Origin: an uncultured Phycisphaerales bacterium
GTDB lineage: Bacteria; Planctomycetota; Phycisphaerae; Tepidisphaerales; Tepidisphaeraceae
Assembly (NCBI GenBank): GCA_963844715.1
Contig: CAWJPJ010000008.1
Span: 288,001 to 352,000, forward strand
Reading direction: 5' to 3'
DNA length: 64,000 bases
Part shown: positions 23,954 to 38,567 of the stretch, piece by piece
Layout: each line of letters starts with the position of its first letter
Numbering within the stretch: the first letter of the stretch is position 1
Notes under the pieces: model-generated
Databases searched by the model: none
What the model saw: the letters and a program-made list of their open reading frames with translations, nothing else
What the model was told of the DNA's origin: nothing
Translations under genes and position numbers: made by a program

Positions 23954-25053
23954 TCACACCGACGCCGCCAGCAATTGTTCCGCCGCAAATCGCAGTTGCT
24001 CCTCCGGCAATTCCGGGTAGATCGGGAGCGCCAGGACTTCCTTGCAGGCTCGTTCGCTTTGGGGGAAGTCGCCGGGTTTGTGGTTGAGGTAGCTGAAGCA
24101 TTCCTGTAAGTGCAGGGGGAGGGGGTAATAGATGGCGGAGCCGACGCCTTTTTCCTGGAGTTTTTGTTTGACCTGGTCGCGGTTGGGGACTCTGACGACG
24201 TACTGGTTGTAAATGCTCCAATTGCCTTCGTCGATGTGGGGGGTGATGACGTTGCCGCCGGCCAGGAGCTGGTCGTATAGGGCGGCGTTTTTTCTTCTTG
24301 CGTTGTGCCAGGTTTCCAGGTGGGGGAGCTTGACGCTTAGGACGGCGGCCTGGACGGCGGCCATGCGGAACATGCCGCCGATGAATTTGTGGTGATATTG
24401 GTGGCCGGAGCCGTGGACGCGGAGGAGGCGGCAGTCTTCCGCAAACTGGTCGTTGTCGGTGCAGATGGCGCCGGCGTCGCCGAAGGCGCCGAGATTTTTG
24501 GTCGGGTAGAAGCTGAGGCATCCCGCGAAGACGCCGGCGCAGGCGCGGACGTCGTGGCGGCGGGCGCCGATGGCCTGGGCGGCGTCCTCGAGGACCTTGA
24601 TGTCGTGTTTTTGGGCGATTTCGTTGATGGCTTCGCGGTTGTGAAGCTGCCCGAAGAGATCGACGGGCATGATGGCGCGGGTTTTTTTTGTGATTTTGGC
24701 GGCGATTTTATTGGGGTCGATGTTGAAGGTGTCGGGCTCGATGTCGACGAAAACGGGTTTGGCGCAGAGGCGGGCGACGCAACCGGCGGTGGCGAAAAAC
24801 GTGAAGGTGGGGAGGATGACTTCGTCGCCGGGCTTGATGCCGATGCCCATGAGGCGCAGAGGAGTGCGTCGGTGCCGCTGGATACGCCGACGGCGTGTTT
24901 GGTGCCGCAATAGGCGGCGAGATTCTTCTCGAATTTTTCGACGTGATGGCCGAGGATGAGGGCCTGATTATCGAAAACTTCGTCGACGGCGCGGCGGATT
25001 TCTTCGCGGAGCGGGGGGTATTGCGCGGTGAGGTCTAAAAGTTTGACGTTCAT
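23954..25053 (-). CDS. DegT/DnrJ/EryC1/StrS PLP aminotransferase (one frameshift near 24865)
   Basis: LLDLTAQY, SSGTDAL, EDAAQAIGA, SFYPTKNLGAFGDAG and YYPLPLHLQ. Confidence 0.94.
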
Positions 25054-25175
25054 GGTAACAACAAATTACGGCGCGCGGGGGAAAAGTAAAAGAGAGTGGG
25101 TAGGGGAAGGGTTGTGCGAATTATTCTTGTGTTGGGCGATTTCAGTCGATTGATGAATGGATTGATCGGTTGCGA

Positions 25176-25372
25176 TTTTCGTGCCGATGTACGCGCGTTG
25201 GCTCGTATGGGAGAAGGCGTCGCCGATTTGATGGCGTTGGGCTGGCCTGATGAGGGGGGACGGTCCTTTTCGCGAGGGGGGACTGGGGAGTCGCCGCCTG
25301 CGGCGGCAGATGTAAAAGGAGTTTCGAGCTTCACGCTCGACCTCAACCGTCCTTCACCGCCCATGTCCGACC
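25176..25372. repeat. dispersed structured repeat, diverged copy 3
   Basis: gctggcctg...ttttcgcgagg...gagtcgccgcctgcggcggcagatgtaaaaggagtttcgagcttcacgctcgacctcaaccgtccttcac...tgtccgacct aligns with 2305-2440. Confidence 0.8.
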
Positions 25373-25491
25373 TGCCCATTTTATTTGGATGGTCACACGA
25401 CTAGAACTGCTGCGGGGGCGCGGGGTCGAGCGTTGAGTCGGGGTGGCTGGCCGCTTCGCAGGGAGGCTTCGATTGGTATGATGTTCGGTTC

Positions 25492-26977
25492 ATGGAAGAA
25501 TCGGTACGGGCGCAGGGCAGGGGGGGAAGAGATTACCTTGTGTTGCGCTGGCGTTGATTGTGATTGTGACGGCGTTTGTGCGGCCGGGGGATACGTCTTG
25601 GATCAACGATGAGCCGAAGCTGCTGAAGCTGGCGCTGCTTTATAATCAGGGGCATTTTGCGGAGATTGGGTTTCGGGTTCCGTTCACTTCGGCGACGTTG
25701 GGGGTTTTTGGATTGGTGGGGATGCGCGGGCGCGGTATGGGCCGGCGCCGATCTGGCTGTATCAGATATTTCTCGGCATCACGCATGATCCGGTCGTGAT
25801 GGTCATGATGCGGGCGGTGATTTTCAGTTCGGTTACGGCGCTCGCGCTGGCGTGGTTGCTGCGGACTTTGAATTGGAATCCCTGGCTGGCGGTGGTGACG
25901 ATGCTGTCGCCTTGGTTGTGGCACTATAGCCGGCAGATTTGGGATAATAGTTTTTGTATTCCGCTTTCGGCGCTGCTCGTCGCGGGGTATGCGGATTATT
26001 TGAAGAGGAATCGGTTGTGGGCGATGGGCGTTGCGGCGGCGGCGGCCGGGCTTTTGCCTTTGACGCATTTGATGAGTTTGGCGCTGCTGGCGCCGGTTGG
26101 GTTGCATCTGGTTTTGCGGCGGGCGAATTGGCCGCGGGGAGTGGGGGTGGCGGCGGTTGTGTTTACGGCGGTGGAGATTCCGGCTTGGCCGTATTGGGAT
26201 TGGCTTGCGAATAACTATTCGCCGGCGATTGAGCCGGGGCGCTCGCCATACGCGGGATATTTTTATCCGTTGCTGGGGGGGCATCATCTTTCCGCGGTGG
26301 GATTGTCGAATCTTCTGGGTCGGAAGTGGGTGTATGGTTTGCCGGGGGTGTGGCCTTATCTGATTTTGGTCGCGGCGTATTTTTCGGGGATCGCTTATGT
26401 GGCGGTGTGGATCGGGATTGTGCGCGCGGCGCGGGAGGGGCGGCGCGTCGTGCGGCGGATGAACGCGTCGCTGGCGGATCATCTGTCGTTGATCGCGCTG
26501 GGGACTTTGGCGGTCCAGGTGTGGATGGATGGAACGCAGCGCGTTTATGGCGGGCCGCATTATTTCAATGCGACTTGGATCGCGTATGCGATTTTGGGGT
26601 ATCGAACGTTTCAGATGTTGCCTGCGAAATGGGGGAAGTGCGTTCTTTGGGCGTATGGGGGCTCACTGGGGTTTGTACTGGTGTCGGTGATGGTGCTGAT
26701 TGGACGAAATGGGGGAGCGCAGGGTTTGGGATGGGGGCCGGCGCTTTCGCAGCAGGTGGCGGTGGTGCGGGAGATCGGGAATACGCCGCTGGAGGGCGGG
26801 GGGGCACAGAGTCAGGCGGTGGCGAATTGGCGGGTTTGCCCGTGGGAGTATGACTATTTGAAGGAGTTGCTGGTGGACCCGGCGGAGCCGCCGCGGGCGG
26901 GGGTGGTGGCGATCGTGAAAGATCGGGATCAGTGGGCGGGGGATGCGCAAATTGTGGTGGAGTTTGCGCCGCAGTAG
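25492..26977 (+). CDS. ArnT/GT-C-like membrane glycosyltransferase (frameshifts in the 5' part)
   Basis: TM1 followed by DTSWINDEP, then YGPAP.W.Y, SPWLWHYSRQIWDNS and multiple TM helices. Confidence 0.65.
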
Positions 26978-27060
26978 TGGAAACAAGTTATTCCTTGAGT
27001 CGCGGCACGCGGCGCATATCATCTTTCGGCTCACCAACCTTCGAAGGAACGAATTAAAAT

Positions 27061-29727
<2,667 letters not shown>

Positions 29728-29731
29728 GTTC

Positions 29732-29971
29732 ATGAGTAAGAGCAAACTGAAATTCGAATACGACCAAAGCGTCGACGCCGCATATCTGACGCTGGGTCGG
29801 GGCAGGGTGAGCGGCTCCGAAGAGGTGCAGCCTGGCGTCGTGGTCGATTTCGACGCAGACGGTCGAGTTGTCGGAGTGGAAATCCTTCGATTTGCCAAAC
29901 GCTTTGTGAACAAGGTCAAGCTCAAATCCATGTCGGCGCATCGGGGAAGGTCGCTGAAGAAATCGGCGTAG
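29732..29971 (+). CDS. DUF2283 family protein
   Basis: YDQSVDAAYLTL...SEEVQPGVVVDFDADGRVVGVEIL. Confidence 0.88.
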   Translation: MSKSKLKFEYDQSVDAAYLTLGRGRVSGSEEVQPGVVVDFDADGRVVGVEILRFAKRFVNKVKLKSMSAHRGRSLKKSA

Positions 29972-30042
29972 TGGCTCGATTTCGCGCGGACACAAATTCC
30001 GGCAGACTATTTTTGACTTCCGTATTGGGGTATAAGCACACC

Positions 30043-31486
30043 ATGATCCGCCGGGCGGAGTGGTGGTGGATAGTTGCGTTTGGGTTGGTTGGCGCTGGCG
30101 GCGCTGGTGGTTCGGGTTTGGGGGTGTTTCGCGCCGCTTTGGTTTGACGAGATTTTCGCGCTCGTGCACGCGGTTCAGTTGCGCGGGATTGGGGATTTGT
30201 TCTTCACGGTTCACGATGACAACAAACATCATTTGATGTCGCTTTGGATGTGGGTTGCGGGGGCGAATCGCGGGTATTTTGTTTACCGGATTCCGAGTTT
30301 GCTGGCGGGATTGGCGATGCCGCCGCTGGTATATCTGGCGGCTCGGCCGCGGCATGGGAAGCTGGTGGCGTTCCTGGCGGCTTTCTTTGCCCTGACGAGT
30401 TTTCAGATCATCGATTTGTCTTGCGAGGCGCGGGGGTACTCGCTGGGGATGGCGTTTGCGGCGGGGGCTTGGGTTTGTTGCGGGAGATATCTGAGAAGCC
30501 GCTGTGTGGGGGCGGCGGTTGCGTTCTGGGGTTGTTGTGCGCTGGGGTTTTTGTCGCAACTGACTTTTTTGTATGCGTATACGGGGTTTGTGTTTTGGTC
30601 GGCGTGGGAAATGCGACAGGGTTCCTGGGTCTCCTGGTGGAGGGGTCTGATCGTTCTGCATTTTCCGGTGGTGGTCGGGCTGGCGTGGCTGTGGATCTTC
30701 GATCTGCGATTTTTCCACTACATCGGCGGGCCGCATCTGACGCTGCACGAGTTGTACGCTATGTATATGAGCCAGACGTTCAATATTCCGGGCGGATGGG
30801 AAAATTCGCTGGGTGTGGTGACGCTCATTTTGATGATCTTGGGAATCGTTTTGATGGTGCGGCGTGGGAAAGAGGACTGGCCGTTGTATGTGGGGGTGAT
30901 CGTTTGCATGGCTTGGGCGATCGATCACCGGATATCGGCGAATGTCGCGCCGCGGTATTTGGTTTTGGGTGCGCCGTTTCTGATGGTGCCGTTGGGGGTG
31001 GTATTGGAATCGGTGGCGGCGGGACCGAGTTTGCGATCAGGCGGGGCATCCCTCCCCCAATCCTCCCCCGGAGTACCGGGAGAGGGGGAAGGGAGAGTTG
31101 GCCTGGGGGATGCGGCGGTGTTTTGCGCGGCGATTTTGTTTGGGGTGGGCGGCGTGTGGCGCGGGGCGGAGGTTTTTTGCGGGGATAGGCATGGGTACGT
31201 GGAGGCGATTGAGTTTATGGCGCGGAACTCGAGGACGCCGGTGGGGACGGTGGATTGCGGGTGGGATGATTACGTGAATGCGTTGACGTTTGATTTTTAT
31301 TGCAAGCGTGCGGGGGAGAAATCGCTCTGGCCGGGCGTGGCGCCGGCGCAGTGGTGGGTGACCGGGCCGCTGGTGGATGCGGAGCGGATTCGGCGCGGCG
31401 AGCACGCGTATCGCCTGGTGGAAATTTTTCCGAATCGTGGGGCCGGAGCGGGATGGAATCTCTATGAAATCGACGATCAAAAGTGA
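30043..31486 (+). CDS. GT-C (PMT_2/ArnT-like) membrane glycosyltransferase (start uncertain)
   Basis: LWFDE after TM1, YRIPSLLAG, SCEARGYS, PRY, and many TM helices. Confidence 0.78.
31049..31090. repeat. REP-like palindrome inside a coding sequence
   Basis: ccctcccccaatcctcccccggagtaccgggagaggggg, read in frame as SLPQSSPGVPGEGE. Confidence 0.78.
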
Positions 31487-33918
31487 ACGATCCCGGTCGC
31501 TGTATCGGCGGATTCTGGAGATTGTGCCGATCGCGGGCGGGCCGAGCGAGCTGCTGGCATTGGCGGCAGTTGAGATGCGGCGTCTGCGCGGAGGGAAGCA
31601 CAAAAACGGCGAATCGAAATTGTTCGTTGGGTTTGAGGAATTGCTGGGGCGGGACGAGGCGCTGGGGTTGATTTATCAGGCGATCAATTCTCCGGCGCTG
31701 GAATCGGCGTATCGCGCGACGGCGCGGACGGGGCGGAAGTTTTCGGAAGCGGAGATTCCGGCGGTGACTCAGCTCTTCACACCGCGATGGGTGGTGGAAT
31801 TTTTGCTGCACAACACGCTGGGTCGATTGTGGCGGCGGATGCATCCGCGAACTCGGCTGCGATGGAAGTGGATGGTGAAGGAGGATGAGACTCCCTTGCC
31901 GGTGCGGCCGGTGGCGGAATTGCGGATTTGCGATCCGGCTTGCGGGACGATGAATTTCGGGCTGGTGGCGATGGAGATGCTTCGGGAAATGTATCGGGAG
32001 GAGGGATGCGAGGACTCGGGCGAGATCGATCGAGGCATCGTGCGGAACAATCTGTTTGGGTTCGACATTGATCCGGTCGCGATTGAACTGGCGAAGAAGA
32101 GTCTGGAGATCAAGACGGGATTGGAGATTCGCGAATTCAATTTGAGGGTCGCCGATGCGCTGTTCGACGTGGAGATGGACGGGCAGTTCGATGTTGTTGC
32201 GACGAATCCGCCTTATCTATCGGCGCGGAATCTGGAAGCGGGGCGGATCGCGCGGATGAAGAAAAAGTATCCGGCGGGGTGGCGCGACGCTTACGCGTGT
32301 TTCATTCTTAAATCGCTGGAATTGCTGCGGCCGGGGGGCAGGGCGGGGATTTTGTGCATGCACTCGTTCATGTTCACGGGGGCGTTTGAAAAACTGCGGC
32401 GGCAGGTTTTCAGCCAGGCAGCGGTGAAGACGGCGGGGCATTTCGGGCCGGGATTATTCGATATTGGGAATCCGGGGACGCTGCAGACCGTGGCGTTTGT
32501 GGCTGAAAAACTGGCGGCGGACAAGCGGGGAGTTTTTTTTCGGCTGGTGGAGGAAGACGATAAAGAAGACTCGTTGCGGGAAGCGATTCGGGGGGCGAAG
32601 GGATTTGAAGTTTCCGGGGATGAACTGAACGGGTCGCCGCGCGCGGCTTGGATGTATTGGACGGACGGGGCGATTCGGCGGGCGTTTGGGAAGTGCCGGC
32701 GGCTGGGGGAGATCGCGCCGCCGCGGCAGGGGCTGGCGACGACGGACAATCTGCGGTTTGTGAGGTATTGGTGGGAAGTGGAAGAGCCGGGATTTTGCGG
32801 GGAGCGCGTGCGGTGGATTCCTTATGCCAAGGGGGGGCGGTTTTGCCGGTGGTATGAAGCGGCTCGGCATCGCGTGGATTGGGAAGATGACGGGCGGCGC
32901 ATCAAGCGGGCGATCGTGACGCGGTATCCGTATTTGAATGGGCAATGGTCGTGGGTGGCCAAGAACAGCGCGTGGTATGGGCGGGCGGGGATCACCTATT
33001 CGTATCTGACCAGCGGGCGGTTCAGCGCGCGGATGCTGGAGGAGGGGACGTATTTTGACGTAGCGGGGTCGGCGCTGTTTCCGGAGGATCGGCTGACGGT
33101 GCTGGGGATTTTGAATTCTTCAGCGGCCCGAAAGCTGCTGGGGGCGATCAATCCGACGGTGAATTTTCAGGTTGGGGATTTGCGGTTGCTGCCGATGCCG
33201 GATGGAGCGCCGGAAGAATTGCGCGGACGTTGCCGAGGCGGTGAAGTTGAGCCGGGAGCTGGACCGGGGAAATGAAACGAGTCCGGAATTTTCGGGGCCG
33301 CTTTTGACGGATGAGTTTGAGGGGATGGCGCAGAAATTGGCGCAAATCGAGGGGCGACTCGATCGGACCGTGGCGGATTTATACGGGATCGAATGTGAAG
33401 ATGGAGCGGAAAAGCCGTTGGCGCTGGAGCGGGATGAAATCGAGCGGCGGCGAATCAGTTATGCGCTGGGGATTTATCTTGGCCGGTGGGGTGGGGAGAA
33501 GAAAAAAGAGTGGGTTTGCTTGTCGCCGCTGGACGGCGATTTGGAGGAATTTGTTCGCGATAAGACGGGGGAATTGGAAATCGATCGGAGGCGATTTTTA
33601 TCGCGGGAGTTTTCTATTTGGCACAATCGGCTTTATCGGGGGCGGCCGGTGTTTTGGGTGTTTGGGGCGGAGGGGCGGGTCGCGGTGACGGATGGGAGCT
33701 TTGCGAAACGGGAAACGATCGGGGAGATGCTCGATTCGATTGGCGGGAAGCTGCCGCGCGATTGGCGGCGGGTGCCGGATGAGCCGGTCCATTTGAATCT
33801 TGGCCCATTGGCGGATTGGTTGACGGACGGAAAGCTTCGAGAGTCGGTTAGGGAGGCGATCCGCGATCGGGAGATCAGGAGAAAATCGAATTGCGAATCC
33901 GTTCCTCTTCGCGGATGA
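31464..33918 (+). CDS. PglX-like (BREX-1 type) adenine DNA methyltransferase, compact, one frameshift near 33230
   Basis: IPAVTQLFTPRWVVEFLLHNTLGRLW, DPACG, NPPY, RQGLATTDNLRFVRYWWEV, WIPYAKGG and C-terminal HNRLYRGRPVFW. About 815 aa when joined. Confidence 0.85.
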
Positions 33919-34305
33919 GTTCGCTGGTGTCCTTGGCGGTGGTGTCCATCTGCCCGATGAATTCGGCTCCGATGAGATAGGATTGGTCTTTCTGCTGGCG
34001 GCAGTGAATGACCTGGCAGATGAGCGGAGCAATGGGGTTGTCGAGGTTCTCGACGGGAAGCTGAACGAGGAAGGTGCTGCCATCCGCGACGGGCTCGTGA
34101 ACGCGAATGGCCAGTCCCGCGCGGAGATGTCTTGCAACTCCGCGGCGATGGTTTTTACGGGGGCGTGATCGGTGTAGGCGCGGATTTCCAGGGCGAGGCG
34201 CAAGTTGACGCGGGGCGCGCGGCGAATATCGCCTTGTTTGTGGGAGGCCGATAATTTCCGCAGTAAGTTGATTGCTTCGGCGAGTCTGGCTTTGGCGGCG
34301 TTCAT
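33875..34305 (-). CDS. PilZ-domain protein (one frameshift near 34118)
   Basis: RRAPR (RxxxR) and QDISA (DxSxxG) motifs, continuing as LICQVIHC...YLIGAEF. Confidence 0.82.
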
Positions 34306-34400
34306 AGATTACCTGTCCCGAATCGGTTTATCGACTGGAAAATCCGCCTACTGAACTTGTAACGGGGACTACGAAGGGAACGGTAAGTTCTGGCGGCGGC

Positions 34401-35428
<1,028 letters not shown>

Positions 35429-35429
<1 letters not shown>

Positions 35430-35815
35430 CAACCGAACCAAAGCAATCCCGACAGGGTGAGGATCAGCACGGTCGCAGTGACGGCGGCGTAAAACCAGTC
35501 GTGCTCTTCAAAGGCGAAGAGGACCGCCGAGACGGCGACGCGCATGACGGGAGTGAGAAGGAGGAGATAGATTCCCAATTCGATAATGCTCTTGCCATGG
35601 CCCTGGCAGATTCCCTGCCAGATGTGGGCGGGGTGGTAATCGAAGGGGTCGCTGGTCATTCTTTCGACGGAGACCGTGCCGTGCACGAAGCTGAAGAGGA
35701 TTCCGACCAGCATGACGGTTAGGGAGACGACCAGGCCGCCGCGGAGAATCCAGCTTGAGGCGTCTTCGATGGCGAGTCGCGGCTGTTTTGGCGGGGATAT
35801 TTGGGAGTCGTTCAT
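35429..35815 (-). CDS. DUF1634 family membrane protein
   Basis: SWILRGGL...IIELGIYLLLLTPVMRV...EHDWFY, the usual partner of TauE. Confidence 0.88.
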
Positions 35816-35819
35816 TTGA

Positions 35820-36680
35820 TTAACCGCCGATGCCCAGGCCGCGCAATAGCATTTGAATTCCGATGATCCCCATGGCGGCGGCGAAGATCTTTCGGATCAG
35901 GGCGTTGCTCATGCGTTCCATTAAGAGCGTTCCGGACAGCGCGCCCAGAACGACGGCGATGGCGACGGGGACGACGAGATAGGGCAAAACCATTCCCCGG
36001 CGCAGATAAACGCCGGCGGCGGCGGCGGCGGTGACGCCGATCATGAAATTGCTGGTGGCCGTGGAGACCTTGGCGGGGAGCTTCATGGCAACTTCCTGCG
36101 CGAGGACTTTTACGACACCGGCGCCGATGCCGAGAAGTCCGGAGATGGCGCCGGCGGCGAACATGATGACCGTCGCGGCGGGGACGCCGGTGACGTTGTA
36201 GGGGACGTCGCGGCGGAGATGTTTGTCGTAATAATGGTTGTCCAATCGCAAGAATCGGGCCAGGCGGTCGCTGGGCATCGGTGGGGGGAGTTCTTCGCCG
36301 AACTTGGCGAATACGGGCGCCAGCGAAATAAGCAGGACGGACGCGAACAGGATATCGAGCAGGCGTGGGGAGACATGTCCGGCGAGGAGGCCGGCGCCGA
36401 TGAGGGCTCCGGTGGCGGTGAAAAGTTCCAGGAACATGGCGACGCGAATATTGGTGATCCGGTCCCTGACATAAACGGAACCCGCGCCGCTGCTGGTGGC
36501 GATGATGGAGACGATGCTTGCGGCGATGGCGGCGTCGATGGGAATTTTTAAAAAAAGTGTGAGAAAAGGAACCAGGACGATTCCGCCCCCCAGGCCGCTG
36601 ATGGACCCGATGAGGCCGCCTCCGAACCCGGCGGCGGCGATTTCGAGCAGCCAGAGAATCGAATGTTCGGTTGATGTCAT
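35820..36680 (-). CDS. TauE/SafE sulfite exporter family protein
   Basis: GLGGGIVLVP, SIIATSSG, SGLLGIGAG and KVSTATSNFMIGVTAA. Confidence 0.93.
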   Translation of the reverse strand: MTSTEHSILWLLEIAAAGFGGGLIGSISGLGGGIVLVPFLTLFLKIPIDAAIAASIVSIIATSSGAGSVYVRDRITNIRVAMFLELFTATGALIGAGLLAGHVSPRLLDILFASVLLISLAPVFAKFGEELPPPMPSDRLARFLRLDNHYYDKHLRRDVPYNVTGVPAATVIMFAAGAISGLLGIGAGVVKVLAQEVAMKLPAKVSTATSNFMIGVTAAAAAGVYLRRGMVLPYLVVPVAIAVVLGALSGTLLMERMSNALIRKIFAAAMGIIGIQMLLRGLGIGG

Positions 36681-36745
36681 GTTCGTCGGTCACCATATGG
36701 ACATGTTTGAAAACACGCAACGCGCGGCATGCCTATAATCCCGGC

Positions 36746-37692
36746 GTGGCAGCGAACGAGCACATGCAGTGCATGGAAGTTTGGGGCGGCAGCGAGACAA
36801 CGCGCCGGGGTGTCGAGATGGGCGGCATGGACGCATGGGTCTATAGCCGTCCGTTTGGGGAAGCGGAAGATGGCGGGGACGTTTACTATGCATCAAGCTG
36901 CGCGACGGGGCGGATCAACCGCTTGATGCTGGCCGACGTGGCGGGGCACGGGAAAGCGGTTGCGGCAACGGCGGCTTCGCTGCGGACGCTGATGCGGCGA
37001 TACGTCAATTTTCTGGATCAAAAGAAATTTGTGCGCTCGATGAATCAGCAGTTTGCGGCAATGAGCCAGGACGGGTGCTTCGCGACGGCGCTGGTCAGCA
37101 CATTTTTCGCGCCGACGCGGAAACTGTCGATCTGCAATGCGGGGCATCCTCGGCCGCTGATCTATCGGGCGGCGGAAAAGAAGTGGTCGATCCTGGAGCA
37201 CACGGAGGCGGAGGACCGCCGGCCTAGCAATATTCCGCTGGGGATTCTCGATCTGGCGGAGTATGAGCAATTCGAGGTGCAACTGAATGTGGGGGACTTG
37301 GTGATCTTCTATACCGATGCGCTGACGGAAGCGCGGACGAAAGACGGCGAATTGCTTGGAGAGGCGGGGCTGCTGGAGATTGTCGAGGGATTGGATCGGC
37401 GCGATCCGGAGAAATTTATCGATGGCTTGCTGGAACAAGTGGGGGCGAGGCACGTGGGGAATCTGTCGAGCGACGATGTGACGATCTTGCTGCTCTGCCC
37501 GAACGGGCGGCGGCCGAACTATTCGTTTGGGGAAAAGCTTTGGCGCAGGCTCGGTTGATGGGGAAGTTGATTCGGGCGATCGATCCGCGCGCGGAGCGCC
37601 TGCCGCTGCCGGACCTGAACCTGGCAAATATTGGCGGAGCAATCATTCCGCGGTTGGGGAAGCGATCGAGCGCGGGGGCAAAAAAATGCTGA
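36746..37692 (+). CDS. stand-alone PP2C/SpoIIE-type phosphatase (frameshift near 37545)
   Basis: MQCMEVWGG, GGDVY, LADVAGHG, FATA, NAGHP, YTDALTE and DDVT. Confidence 0.9.
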
Positions 37693-37750
37693 ATGATGAG
37701 TTCTGAACGATGAATTAAATTCAGCATTCATCACTCATCATTCAGCATTG
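37686..37750. repeat. GAATGAT/GAATGCT heptamer inverted repeat (possible bidirectional terminator)
   Basis: aatgctgaatgatgagt...actcatcattcagcatt forms a perfect 17-bp outer stem between convergent genes. Confidence 0.85.
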
Positions 37751-37755
37751 TCTTC

Positions 37756-37977
37756 TTAAGCCGCCTGTTCGGCGTGTTGTTCCACACCAAAATCGAGCAG
37801 CTCATCCAGAGTTTGTTCGAGTCTTCGCTCGGCGTTTCGAATATCGGGGGTGGCGACGCCGGTGCGGCGGTGGGCCAGCAGGCGGCTGAGACCGTCGGGC
37901 CGGGCCAGGGCATCGACGAGCTTGGCGTCGATGAGGTTTTCGATGGCTTTGCGAAGACTTTCGACTTGCGGGGTCAT
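37756..37977 (-). CDS. 73-aa hypothetical helical protein downstream of the c-di-AMP riboswitch
   Basis: AGGAGA SD, then MTPQVESLRKAIENLIDAKL...AERRLEQTLDELL. Confidence 0.75.
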   Translation of the reverse strand: MTPQVESLRKAIENLIDAKLVDALARPDGLSRLLAHRRTGVATPDIRNAERRLEQTLDELLDFGVEQHAEQAA

Positions 37978-38100
37978 GGCAGTATCTCCTGCGTCGTCGA
38001 GACGCGAGCAAGGCTCACATGAAAACGCCGACGAATCGGCACGATCGCGCGAGCGGACCAAACAACGGCAGGATCGAGACGCCTCTGAGGCGCATTGATC

Positions 38101-38340
38101 CCTTTCACGTGCCGACGGAGTTAGCTGACGGGCTGGGAGTTGAAAGTCTCCCTCGGCGGGCACAAGAGGTGAAATGAATGGAGCCGCTCACCCAGTTGTG
38201 CCAAACGCCACCGATACGCCCCGATTCGCAGCGACCCCTCGTCAAAGGCATCCACAGGTCGCAAACGAATTACGCCAAGTCGAACAAACCTCAGCGTTGG
38301 GTTCTCCGCGCCGTCCGAGTGCCGGACGGCTTAGGCGGTC
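38101..38340 (-). ncRNA. c-di-AMP riboswitch (ydaO/yuaA family) with a long internal insertion
   Basis: Minus strand reads ccgcctaa-gccgtccg(N5)cggacggc-gcggagaac...tgggtga...agggagactttca-actcccagcccgtcagctaactccgtcggc-acgtgaaagg. CCCGUCAGCUAACyCCGU is the hallmark, CGGAG pairs with CUCCG, and CUUUCA pairs with UGAAAG (pseudoknot). Confidence 0.88.
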
Positions 38341-38352
38341 AAGCGAAAGCGG

Positions 38353-38380
38353 ATTTTAAAAATGATGAGGGGCATGTCAA
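38353..38380 (-). promoter_or_regulatory. sigma70 promoter upstream of the riboswitch
   Basis: TTGACA-N16-TAAAAT on the minus strand, about 12 nt before the aptamer. Confidence 0.72.
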
Positions 38381-38567
38381 TGAAAAGATTGGCGTAAAGG
38401 GGCCAAAAATAAAAAAATTTTCTGTGTGATTTATGCACATTTGCAATGTGGAGAGGGTCTGGAGCGATCCACAGTTGCCACGGAATGGCATCGCATCGAC
38501 AATAAAAGGCAGTCGCCGAGGTGGGATCGCGGAACTGCAAGATCGGCAATACCGAACCGGAGGCTCT

